From Hyphomicrobiales bacterium (GTDB taxonomy: Bacteria > Pseudomonadota > Alphaproteobacteria > Rhizobiales > TMED25), in assembly GCA_965204565.1 (NCBI GenBank), contig CBDBEU010000005.1, positions 324,366-388,365 of the forward strand: a DNA stretch of 64,000 bases, read 5' to 3'. The position numbers and the translations under genes are program-made. The notes under the pieces are model-generated. The model ran no database searches, was not told where the DNA came from, and was given only the letters and a program-made list of their open reading frames with translations. Below are positions 29,257 to 38,685 of the stretch, piece by piece. The stretch's first letter is position 1. Every line of letters starts with the position of its first letter.

Positions 29257-29599
29257 TAGGGTCCGGCCCCGATAACCGTCTTCCCGATTTGATCTGAGGA
29301 TGGTTCATTGCCTCCGATGAAGGAGGTAACGAGATGTATGATTCCTTCTGGTTTTCCGATTTTCAGCGGGCCCGGATCGCGCCGCTTCTGCCGACCGATA
29401 TGCGCGGCAGGAAGCGCGTTGATGATCGTCCTGTGCCGAGCGGGATCGTCCATGCGCTGCGCCGTGGGGCGGTCGCCGGGCCGACTGCGCCGATATCCAC
29501 GGGCCGAAGAAGACGCTCTGCAACCGCTTCGTCCGCCGGGCTGAGCGCGGTATACGGGAAGGTATCTTCAGCGCTTCGGCAGGCGCTGAGGATACGCTT
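29257..29599 (+). mobile_element. second DUF4096-type IS5-family lineage, 5' fragment
   Basis: Left end TAGGGTCCGG mirrors the right ends ..CCGGACCCTA at 31740 and 33943. Encodes FWFSDFQRARIAPLLPTDMRGRKRVDDR (frameshifted). Cut at 29600. Confidence 0.65.
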
Positions 29600-30675
29600 G
29601 GACGCCCTGAAAACCCCTTGGCTTTGAGCGTGTTGGCGTGATTCCGTGGGGATCTCAGCGACGGAGGGTACCGATGGCTGCACAGCGCGGGTTGTTCGAT
29701 CCGGATGAGCGCTACGCGGCGTTATCGAAGGCGGGAGATCCGCTGGAGCGGCTTGCAGGGGGTATCGACTTCGAGCTCTTCCGGCCAGAGTTGCCGGCCA
29801 GAGTTGGATGCGACGCTTGATCGTTCCGATGGCAGGCAAGGCGGGCGCCGGACGAGACGACCGTCCGGCGGTTCCGGGAAGCCCTGGTGCGGACCGGCGC
29901 AGTGGAGAAACTCTTCGCCCGGTTCGACGCGCATCTTAAGGACGCCGGATATCTCGCCCGGATATCCCGCCATGGGCGGGCAGATCGTCGATGCCACCAC
30001 CGTGGCGGCCCCGCGCCAGCGCATGACCGATGCCGAGCAGGAGATCGTCAAGAGCGGGGGCATCCCGCCTGATTGGCAGGCCAATCCCCGGAAACCGGCG
30101 CAAAAGGATCGCGACGCGCGTTGGACGCTCAAGCCAGGGCGCAGGAAGACGCGCCCGGACGGGCATGGCGACGGGCGCAATCGCCACGCCGGTGTTCGGC
30201 TGCAAATCCCATATCAATGCCGACCGGCGCCACGGCTTCGTCCGGACATGGATCGTCACCGACGCCGCCCGGCATGACGGACGCGTACCGGGCGGGCTTC
30301 CGGATCAGGCGAACACCGGCTCGACTGCACACCGGCTCGACTGTCTGGGCGGACACGGCGTATCGGTCGCAGAAGAACGAGAAGAAAATCGCCGGGGCCG
30401 GGCTGACCTCGAAGGTCCATTTCCGCCGCCCGCCCGGCAAGCCGATGCCCGTGCATCACGACAGGGCGAGGGCCAGGATCGGCATGGCCAGGATCGCAGT
30501 CAACATGAGACGGCTCCTGTTCCGGGAGCGCAAAGGCGCCGTGGCATAGCCCGGCCCCGGCGAAACCAAATCCAGAACCACAACCCAGTCAAAGGGCCGA
30601 TCCGCATCGCGGCCGTAAATGCGCTCTCGTCACCCGATTCCAGGCAGCAGACACAAGGGGGTCTTCAGGGTGTCC
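29600..30675 (+). mobile_element. IS5-family element, copy 2, both ends present (1076 bp), transposase frameshifted
   Basis: Ends GGACGCCCTGAAAACCCCTTG (29600-) and, as reverse complement, GGACACCCTGAAGACCCCCTTG (-30675). The ORF is split over at least 3 frames. A 16-bp tandem duplication lies at 30313-30344. Confidence 0.8.
30313..30344. repeat. 16-bp tandem duplication ACACCGGCTCGACTG[C/T] x2 inside the IS5-family transposase gene
   Basis: Single copy at the corresponding position of copy 1 (around 14711-14726). The duplication shifts the frame. Confidence 0.85.
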
Positions 30676-31612
30676 ATTCGTCCCTCAGCCGCGCATTGAA
30701 GCTCTCGGTGAACCCGTTCTGACAGGGCTTGCCCGGCGCGATAGAGTGCCACTCGACATTGCGTTCCTTTGACCGGCGCCCGATCGCCATGCTGGTCGGT
30801 TCGGTGCCGTTGTCGCTGACGATCGTGCCGGGCCGCGCCATTCGCTCGAAGATCGCCGCATCAGGCTCGCGATCGACCCTTGCGCCGGAGATCGACGTAT
30901 CGGCGATCAGGCGCACGCACTCCCGGCTGAAGTCGTCGACCACGGCGAAGATCCGGAACCTGCGTCCGCAGGCAAAGGCATCCGACATAAAGTCCAGGCT
31001 CCAGCGCTGGTTCGGTCCCTGCGGTAACACCGTCGGCGCTCGTGTCCCCAATGCCCGCTTGCGCCCGCCACGGCGACAAACCTGCAAGCGCCGACAGCCG
31101 AACCGGCGGCGCTCGCCGGGTCAGCTCCCTGATACGTGTCCGCGCCTCGGTGTCGTCAGGGCGGCAGCTGATGTAGCGCACCGTCGTTCGGTCCACGCCC
31201 GGCACCGCGCAGGCGCGACGCCGGCTCACTTCGAAGACCTCCCGGAGGTGAGCCACCGCCTGCCGCCCGGCACCGGGCGTCAGAACTTTTTTGCACTGAT
31301 CTCCCTGAGCATTGCATTGTCCAGCATCGAGCCCGCCAGCAGCTTCTTCAGCTGCGCATTCTCCTGCTCCAACTGACGAAGCCGCCGGGCATCGGACACC
31401 TCAAGCCCGCCATAGTTCGACTCCCACTTGTAAAAGGTCGCCGGGCTGATCCCGTGACGGCGGCACACATCCGCCGTCGGCATCCCCGCTTCCTGCTCCT
31501 TCAACACAGCGATCATCTGTTCCTCGCCAAACCTGCTCCGCTTCATATCGTCCGTTTCCTTGTCAGCGCCGGACGCTCATTATCATTGGAGAAAACCTAA
31601 GGGCGCAGACCA
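30676..31612 (-). mobile_element. IS3-family (IS407-like) element, 3'-truncated
   Basis: orfA 31280-31546 (MKRSRFGEEQMIAVLKEQEAGMPTADVCRRHGISPATFYKWESNYGG). orfB is in two frames and ends prematurely at ..FNARLRDE. The 5' end reads TGGTCTGCGCCC in its own orientation. Confidence 0.8.
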
Positions 31613-31740
31613 CATGTTCTGCCACCTCAAAGACCGGCGGCGAATCGCAACTCGCTTCGAGCGCAACGTTAAAAACTTCACGGCAGCTATCGTGCTCGCC
31701 ACAGCCCTCGTCTCGTGGCTATAATGAGTCCAGACCCTAG
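31613..31740 (+). mobile_element. second DUF4096-type IS5-family lineage, 3' fragment
   Basis: Encodes MFCHLKDRRRIATRFERNVKNFTAAIVLATALVSWL* and the end ATAATGAGTCCAGACCCTA. Matches 33815-33943. Confidence 0.7.
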
Positions 31741-32465
31741 TAGGTTGCCTCAGACAAGTTCTCGATGGTCTGAAGAGGCTTTGCTCGGCCGCTCTCGAGT
31801 TCCAAAATCTTACCGCATGTCTTCTTCAACAGCGCATGGTTGTGTGACGCCAACACTATGATGCCTGCTTTTTCTGTCAGTTCCGCCATGCGCAGCCGTG
31901 CCTTTTTGTGAAAAGCTGCATCGCCGGCGCCGATCCATTCGTCCATCAGCAGGATCTCCGGCTCGAAACTTGTAGCGATGGAAAACGCAAGCCGCGCAGC
32001 CATGCCGGAACTGTAGGTTTTGAGCGGCAGGTCGATAAAAGCGCCGAGTTCGCTGAAGGCAATGACCTCCTCCATGCGATCTTCAATTTCTTTGTTGCTC
32101 CAGCGGTTGATGAGACCGCGCAGTACAATATTGCGCCGGCCCGTGGCTTCCTGGCAAAAACCAAGGTTAATGTTGAAAAGAGCGTCAATGCGTCCATCGA
32201 CTGTAACGGTTCCGCTGGTTGGCGGATAGATACCATAGAGCACCTTGAGGAGTGTCGTTTTGCCAGAGCCATTTGGTCCGATGAGGCCAAGACGGTCGCC
32301 AGCCTGGAGCTCAAAGCTGACTCCATCAAGAGCGCTGATCAACCTTGAGTGTCCTTGGCATTCGGTGCCGGCGGGCTGCTTCGCCCGCCAAGGGCCGCCG
32401 CCCAGTATAAACTTGCCGAACAACCTGTATTTCAGGCTGACATTGTCGACGCGGATAGTAGGCAT
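31737..32465 (-). CDS. wzt: polysaccharide/O-antigen export ABC transporter ATP-binding protein (Wzt/KpsT/TagH-like)
   Basis: 242 aa. Walker [11 protein letters not shown], signature [10 protein letters not shown], Walker B ILLMDEW. Its stop codon lies in the terminal CTAG of the adjacent IS fragment. Confidence 0.85.
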   Translation of the reverse strand: MPTIRVDNVSLKYRLFGKFILGGGPWRAKQPAGTECQGHSRLISALDGVSFELQAGDRLGLIGPNGSGKTTLLKVLYGIYPPTSGTVTVDGRIDALFNINLGFCQEATGRRNIVLRGLINRWSNKEIEDRMEEVIAFSELGAFIDLPLKTYSSGMAARLAFSIATSFEPEILLMDEWIGAGDAAFHKKARLRMAELTEKAGIIVLASHNHALLKKTCGKILELESGRAKPLQTIENLSEATY

Positions 32466-33298
32466 CAGAGCAAAAACACCAGCTCACGACGGTAGCGGCC
32501 AAGCAACTGCAGCGCAGTGATCCACAGGACAACACTGAAAGTGAGGCACAGGCCCAGCTCGACGAGCGGAAGTGCACCGGTCACCACCGGTGCACGGACG
32601 ATCTCCAGATAGTAGGTAAAAGGATTCCAATTATAGAGCGCACCCCGTATTCCGCCATCTTCCTTATAAACCCAGAACACCGGGGTGAGAAACATGCCAA
32701 CGCGCATCAGATTGGTGACGATGAGCTGGCTATCGGGGAAATAGGCTCCGATGAAGGCAAAGACTATGATAGCCGCCGGGGTTGTTGCCAGGATGACGGC
32801 AATGCCGAGAACCGACCATCCCCAGGCCGCAGACAAGGCGGTCGCACCCACGAGGAGGATCGCTAGGCAACCCAACAGTGCGTAACCCGCCCTAATGACT
32901 GACTTCGTCATTAGCTGCATGACATAAACCGAAATCGGCAAATTAGTGCCTTTGACAAGGTGTTGCTCGATCACGAAGAGCGAACTGCTGTGGATGATGG
33001 TCTCCATGATGTAAAACCAGACAAGCAGACCTGTTGCCACATAAGCAATGTAGTTTTCCATGCCGCTATCGCCGCGCTCGAATACGAAGACGAAGGCGCC
33101 GACAAACGCGAGATAATTGATGAGGAGCCATAGCGGCCCCAGTATGGTGCGCCTGTAGTGGTTGCTGATGTTTTCGCTGGCCAAGGCAATCCAGACGCGA
33201 CTGATCCTCAAGCCGGCGCCGATATCGGCAAAAGCGTTGCTGATGTTCGACATTATCATTTCGACTGCATCATTTGATTCGCCCAAGACAGCTATCAC
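32465..33298 (-). CDS. wzm: ABC-2-type polysaccharide export permease (Wzm/KpsM-like)
   Basis: About 6 TM helices. Stop overlaps the wzt start (TGATG). Alternative start at 33253. Confidence 0.8.
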   Translation of the reverse strand: MIAVLGESNDAVEMIMSNISNAFADIGAGLRISRVWIALASENISNHYRRTILGPLWLLINYLAFVGAFVFVFERGDSGMENYIAYVATGLLVWFYIMETIIHSSSLFVIEQHLVKGTNLPISVYVMQLMTKSVIRAGYALLGCLAILLVGATALSAAWGWSVLGIAVILATTPAAIIVFAFIGAYFPDSQLIVTNLMRVGMFLTPVFWVYKEDGGIRGALYNWNPFTYYLEIVRAPVVTGALPLVELGLCLTFSVVLWITALQLLGRYRRELVFLL

Positions 33299-33324
33299 GA
33301 ATTTCGAGAATAGTTATTCTACAA

Positions 33325-33943
33325 GTCTGACGTGGGTCTTTGAAAGTGTTCGGCCCGCCTTTTGTGCGCCCGATGTGGTGGGGAAGACCCCCCTTTCAGA
33401 AGGCTCGACGCGGTGCGATGAGCCTTCAAGTGTGTTGCATCAATCATCAGCGTATCGGGCATCAGCGTATCGGGTGGCCCGTCAGAAGCAGTCAAGTGAC
33501 TGAAAATCTTGTCGAACACGCGGAGCTCGGTCCAGCGTCGAAAGCGATTGCAGAGCGTCTTGTGCGGGCCGCAGGCCGCCCCTGCGTCCTGCTCCCCGAC
33601 GCCCGGAAACGTGCATGATTGCAAGGTCGCACAGCGCTGCATCGAGACCATGCCGCCATCCGCCGAACCTGTCGCCGACAAAGGCCGTGACGGCCGGGAA
33701 CTGCGCGAATGGCTTGAAGAGCGCGGGACCGTGCTCGTCATCCCGCCGCGAAAGAACCGCAAAATCCGATATCACGACGACCAGGCCGTCTACAGGGAGC
33801 GAAATATCATCGAACGCATGTTCTGCCGCCTCAAAGACGGGCGGCGCATCGCAACGCGCTTCGAGCGCAACATTAAAAACGTCACGGCAGCTATCGCGCT
33901 CGCCGCAGCCTTCATCTCATGGCTATAATGAGTCCGGACCCTA
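33325..33943. mobile_element. second DUF4096-type IS5-family lineage, 5'-truncated copy with an internally inverted segment
   Basis: Residues GPHKTLCNRFRRW...MIDATHLKAHRTA...KTHV are encoded on the minus strand (about 33325-33590). The following GRP..TPGNVHD...ADKG...RNIIERMFCRLKDGRRIATRFERN and the right end are on the plus strand (33582-33943). Confidence 0.65.
33445..33474. repeat. 15-bp tandem duplication CATCAGCGTATCGGG x2 (PDTLM x2 on the minus strand)
   Basis: Direct reading of the sequence, within the inverted IS segment. Confidence 0.9.
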
Positions 33944-34481
33944 CATTCTGCGCCCATTCGTGCGCAATCTCGTCTATTGTTCCGGGTAGACGTGGATAGT
34001 ATGCCGAAGTCGGCGTCTTATTGCTGAGCGCCAAGTATGAGGTTGCGACGTCGCGCCCGTCACGCACGATGTGAATGAAGCGGCAATCGGGACAAAGCCG
34101 GTCAAGGTCATCAACATGCGCGGTGTGAAAATTGTTCTTGTCACCAATGAGCGCATCCGGTTTGCCGGCGTGCTCCGCGTGAAGTCGATACAGCACTTTG
34201 CAAAGATCAGCATAATTTTTCGAAGGCTCTTTGAGGATGCGATCCTTTGCTTCTTTCCGGTCGAGGTTCCAAAACTCAAATTTTTTTGACTCGAAAATAC
34301 AATCAAGAAACGTATCGGCATCGAATTTCGAACCGGACTTTCCGAGATTGGAGAATTTCTCCTCCCACCAGACGAAAAAACCGCATTCAGGCGGAATGTG
34401 GAGGTTAGGGTTGCTCGTCAGCAGCAGTCGCAACAGTGATGTTCCGCTTCTGGGATTTCCGAGGATGAAATACATCGCCAA
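33944..34481 (-). pseudogene. sulfotransferase-family gene, 3'-truncated by the IS end at 33943
   Basis: PAPS-binding loop GNPRSGTSLL and HIVRDGRDVATS. The last 11 codons of ORF 33912-34481 are IS-derived. Confidence 0.7.
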
Positions 34482-34945
34482 TTTCGTTCTTCGCTCCAGT
34501 CAAAGCCGTTGCGAAGCTTGGCCGACCGAGCACCCATGCTTAACGGCAACTTGTATGCAGATCGCCCGGCCTGCAAGGCAATAGAAATGTTTTTCTTGCC
34601 GGGAATGTACCGCGCAAAGATCGCACCCAGAGGATGCGGCTTGCCCTTGGCTGCCAGAATCGAGGCATTCGCCTCCTTGTGGCGGGATGTGATGAATCTC
34701 GCTGCTATACGGTTCAACTGATATCGTTCCACGCCCGCATCGCCGGAGATTAACACCGAAAGACCGGCAATAATTCGCTGCGGTGCAATAATTTCGACGG
34801 AGACGAAAGGGCCGGTGACAACCGAGCGCTGCCAGATAAGTTGTGCAGCCACCGCATCGAATGGTTGCCATTCTTCCATCGGCACCGCGTAGCCGGCGAG
34901 ACGTTCATTTTGCTGGAACTGGGGTACAAATAAACCGCGCCTCAT
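34418..34945 (-). CDS. hypothetical protein in the polysaccharide locus (possibly a remnant of a larger gene)
   Basis: 175-aa ORF. Its 3' end overlaps the sulfotransferase start by 64 nt. The frame stays open without a start codon upstream to about 35095. No family recognised with confidence. Confidence 0.3.
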   Translation of the reverse strand: MRRGLFVPQFQQNERLAGYAVPMEEWQPFDAVAAQLIWQRSVVTGPFVSVEIIAPQRIIAGLSVLISGDAGVERYQLNRIAARFITSRHKEANASILAAKGKPHPLGAIFARYIPGKKNISIALQAGRSAYKLPLSMGARSAKLRNGFDWSEERNWRCISSSEIPEAEHHCCDCC

Positions 34946-35045
34946 TGCAGCATCGAGAGCTTGTGCCTCTTCCCGACCGCGATCGGCACGCGTGGGCTCG
35001 ATCCATGATTTCGGTGCCCTTCTCAGTGTACCGCGTCGAAGCCAC

Positions 35046-36195
35046 TCATAGGCGGCGAGGCTGTTGATAGCCTTCGATCCACTTATAGTTTGCGTAGGCC
35101 GGGGCTAAAAAAATCAGTAAAAGTACCATGGCAAAAATAAATTTCAGCTGGAATTTTGGCAAAATCGTCTGTGTTAGTATATATAAGACAGCCCATGCGA
35201 ATAGAGCGTACATAACGTAGTGCGGCTGTGGCTGATCGTTTAAAGTGTCGGCTTGGTCCAAAAATATTGGGATTATGCAGACAAGAAGAAAAGCTATGGC
35301 TGGTAGGACAAACAGTAGTCCGACCTCTATATGGGCAATAACGGGTAATCCCTGTAGGAAAAACTGCCGGAACGGCAGTTCTATGATCTGAGCAGCGAAA
35401 ATGAAGCTCGAGAGCAAGCCGGACGCATCAATAGTAGTACCGTATATCCCTTGTCCTTGGGTGCGCACCAGCAGCGATCGGCGGCCCTCCAGGATCAGCG
35501 CATCGTAGGCATAGAAAGCAATTGCAAATGCGACAGTCCAAAGTATTAGCGGCCGCCACGCAATGGGTCGCGAAAGAAGAATGATGATGATGGCCGGCAC
35601 GAATACCATAAGTCCTGGTGAGTGAGTGAAGGCGGCGATCCCGGCAAGAGGGATGGCCAGCAGATGATGACCCCGAGCAACCAAAAAGAAAATGATCGAA
35701 CTGTATAGAAATAAGAAAATTATATCCGGTGATCGCGGTGACCCAGAAATTTACGTACATCGGTTGGAGAAATATAATGGACAACGGAACCAAAATTATA
35801 AAATTATTAAAATATAATAATAGCGTTGTGAATAAATAGGCACACAGCACTGCACTGCCGAACAGAATAATGAATTTAAAATTCACTGTTCCCGTGATAA
35901 AATAGTAGATGTATGCCGTCAGTCTTCCGGAAAATTTGGTGTGCGGAAAGTTAGTCATAGAAAAATATCGCACATTGCCCACAATTGATTCCTCGTCGAG
36001 GAAATTGTTCATAAATGTGGAAAGGTACATATTGGTATCATCAAGTGCCCAGGGCATGTTGTGGCCGTAGCGCAGCATTGTCGCCATGAACAGGCCGCCC
36101 AAGGCCGCGATGATGAGGAAGCCGACGACATCGAGCGAGGTCAGCGACTTGTATTGTCCCGCAAAACGAGCAGTGAGGGTCACAATTTTGTTCAT
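35046..36195 (-). pseudogene. polytopic membrane protein of the polysaccharide locus (Wzy/O-antigen-polymerase-like by context), frameshifted
   Basis: Markedly AT-rich. About 10 hydrophobic helices split between ORF 35428-36195 and ORF 35046-35684. The shift lies in a T/A-run near 35681-35695. The ATG overlaps the ancestral DegT stop (ATGA). Confidence 0.55.
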
Positions 36196-37190
36196 GTGTT
36201 GGATGCGATGATGGCAGTAATAGCGTTGGCAATGCGCTCGACAATAGCTGTATCCAGCTCGCCATAAGATCGGCAAGCATAGTGCCTCGCGCTCGAAACG
36301 ATGCGCAACGGGCAAATGCTCCGGCGCTGCCGTCGGCAAGCAGGCATAGGCCGGAACACGGGAGGTCAGCGGGTGGAAATATTTGCGACAGTTGATGTTG
36401 AGTGCGCGGAACCTCTCGAACAACATATCCCGGCTCAACCCCGCTTGGGCTTCATCCACCCTGATCGCGAAATGGGACCAGCTGGGTATAAAACCCTGCC
36501 CCGTGGTTACGACGTAGATACCTGGAACACTAGAAAGCTGCGCCATGTAAATTTCCGCAAGCACGCTGCGCCGGTGAATCTCGTCGGCAACTGTATCGAG
36601 TGCGATCAGGCCGAAGGCGGCGTGGAATTCGCTCATCTTCATATTGAGGCCGGAGAGTGCGACCTCGTCCTGATTGACGATGCCGAAATTTTTTCATCCT
36701 ATCGATCAACAGCTTGTCGTCCGCTGTGCGTGTGTGTGTGTGTGAAGACGCCGCCGCTTCCGACGGTCGAAAACAGCTTGGAGGCGTGAAAACTAGTGGC
36801 AGAGGCCGCTCCGAGCGCCAGCACCGACTGGCCCCCAATCGACGTGCCAAACGAGTGCGCGGCATCATAGACGATGGGTATGCCAGCCGGATCGCAGACG
36901 GCGCTGAGCGCATTATGATCACACGGCGTGCCATAGACGTGGGTGGCTAGTACGCCCGCCGTTTCATCGTCGATGAGGCGGGCAACCAAAACCGGGTCGA
37001 TATTGCCTGTTGCCGGATCGATATCGGCAAAGAGAGGTGTGCAACCCATCCAGTCGATGGCATGGGTGGTAGCCGGGAAAGTAAAAGGTGTTGTGATGAT
37101 CTTGCAGCCGGATGTAATGCCGAAGGTTCGGGAACAATGCCGTGCGGCTCCGGCTTCATGCGAACGCCGGGTCTGCGGGAGGCGGTCAAG
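36192..37190 (-). pseudogene. DegT/DnrJ/EryC1-type sugar aminotransferase with three frameshifts, 5'-truncated
   Basis: Pieces ITSGCKIITTPFTFPATTHAIDWMGCTPLFADID, THVYGTPCD, DAAHSFG, SFHASK (PLP lysine), NFGIVNQDEVALSGLNMKMSEFHAAFGL and LPIYGELDTAIVERI can only be joined by shifts at about 36735, 36690 and 36266. Confidence 0.75.
36731..36744. repeat. (TG)7 / (CA)7 dinucleotide repeat at one DegT frameshift site
   Basis: Read directly. (CA)8 would restore GGVFTHTHTRTADDKLL continuity. Confidence 0.9.
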
Positions 37191-37199
37191 CGATGGTCG

Positions 37200-37430
37200 C
37201 CGCGACCGGCCTTAAGGAGAAGCCGATCAGGATCGGCGCCGGGATCGTCACACACGGCCGGTACGTCACGTTCCGGTTGGCCGAGGGCGCGGTGCCAAGG
37301 GGCCTGTTCGCCGAGATCCTGCGGCTGATCGCCGAACTTCGGCCACCGCCGGCGTGACGCGTCCGGTTGTCATGCAGTCCGGCAAGAACCACGGGCGAGG
37401 TGTGTCCTGATGACGACGAAATCGGCAATC
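37200..37430 (+). mobile_element. IS1380-family transposase 3' fragment (second, diverged)
   Basis: PIRIGAGIVTHGRYVTFRLAEGAVPRGLFAEILRLIAELRPPP*. Both boundaries are approximate. Confidence 0.6.
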
Positions 37431-37594
37431 CCGGCGCGATATACGCCGGCGTTACCGTTCTCGATGTTCCTCGATCCCCACGACGATTGTCCGGGGTTGC
37501 AGATGTCCGCCCGTGGAGGCAATATAATATCAACTCGACGATGGCCGTCAGCCCGTGAATGTAGGCTGAAGGAACGACAGGAAGGTCTGAAGGA

Positions 37595-38605
37595 ATGAGA
37601 GTGCTGCTGAAATCTGCACTGGCAGCCGCGTTTGCGCTGGCAGTGCCCGGCATTGCCCAGGCGCAGGAGTGCGGAACCGTCACCGTCGCAGCGATGAACT
37701 GGCCGTCGGCGGAAGTTCTGTCCAACGTCGACCAGATCATACTCAGTGAGGGTTATGGCTGCGACGTCGAGATCGTTGCGGGCGACACCATGCCGACCTT
37801 TACCTCGATGAATGAGAAGGGGGCACCGGACATTGCGCCGGAATTGTGGATCAACTCACTGAAGGTTCCGCTTGGTGAGGCGGTCGGCGAGGGCCGTCTG
37901 ATCATTGCCGCTAAATCGCTGTCGGATGGTGGTGTCGAGGGTTGGTGGATCCCCAAATATGTCGCCGATGCGCATCCCGAGATCAAGACGGTCGCCGATG
38001 CGCTTGAGCATCCCGAGCTGTTCCCAGCGCCCGAAGACGAATCAAAGGGTGCGGTTCACAACTGCCCGTCGGGATGGAACTGCCAGATCGTCACCGAAAA
38101 CCTGTTCAAGGCATTCGGGGCGGAAGAAAAGGGCTTCGTACTCGTGGATCCCGGCTCGGCGGCGGGCCTGGACGGCTCGATCGCCAAGGCTTATGAGCGC
38201 GAAGCTCCGTGGCTTGGTTATTATTGGGAGCCAACTTCGCTACTCGGCAAGTACGAGATGGTGAAGCTTGATGACGGTGTGCCGCACGATCAGGACCACT
38301 GGGAGAAATGCACCGGCATTCTCGACTGCGAAGACCCCAAGCCGAATGCCTGGCGCCCTGCGGAAGTATATACCGTTGTCACCAAGGAATTCGCCGACAA
38401 GGCCGGCGTGGCGTTGGACTATGTGAAGACGCGCAATTGGGGCAACGAAACCGTCAATACGCTGATGACCTGGATGACCGAGAACCAGGCAGCCGGCGAA
38501 GAGGCGGCTGAGTATTTCCTCAAGAACAATGCCGATATCTGGACCAAATGGGTGTCGGATGAAGCGGCTCAGAAAATAAAGCAGTCGCTCGACATCACCA
38601 GTTGA
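37595..38605 (+). CDS. proX: glycine betaine/choline-type ABC transporter substrate-binding protein
   Basis: 336 aa. Signal peptide ..ALAVPGIAQA, then OpuAC/ProX-like pattern (VAAMNWPSAEV, GWWIPKYV, YYWEPT). Confidence 0.8.
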   Translation: MRVLLKSALAAAFALAVPGIAQAQECGTVTVAAMNWPSAEVLSNVDQIILSEGYGCDVEIVAGDTMPTFTSMNEKGAPDIAPELWINSLKVPLGEAVGEGRLIIAAKSLSDGGVEGWWIPKYVADAHPEIKTVADALEHPELFPAPEDESKGAVHNCPSGWNCQIVTENLFKAFGAEEKGFVLVDPGSAAGLDGSIAKAYEREAPWLGYYWEPTSLLGKYEMVKLDDGVPHDQDHWEKCTGILDCEDPKPNAWRPAEVYTVVTKEFADKAGVALDYVKTRNWGNETVNTLMTWMTENQAAGEEAAEYFLKNNADIWTKWVSDEAAQKIKQSLDITS

Positions 38606-38614
38606 TGCCAACGC

Positions 38615-38637
38615 GGGGCGGTGTCTGACACCGCCCC
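38615..38637 (+). terminator. hairpin between proX and proW (attenuator/terminator-like)
   Basis: GGGGCGGTG-tctga-CACCGCCCC followed by TTACTTC. No strong U-tract. Confidence 0.35.
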
Positions 38638-38685
38638 TTACTTCATCGGCTATAAGGCCGGGATGCAACCTCCCACGAGCATATA

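Noticed and set aside
34946-35095. Open reading frame continuing upstream of Met 34945 (..AAYEWLRRGTLRRAPKSWIEPTRADRGREEAQALDAA-MRRGLFVPQFQ..), suggesting a larger capsule-biosynthesis (KpsS/KpsC-like) gene
   Set aside because: The resemblance is only a vague LFVPxQ-type motif and there is no start codon in the extension. It is left as a hypothetical ORF, possibly a remnant.
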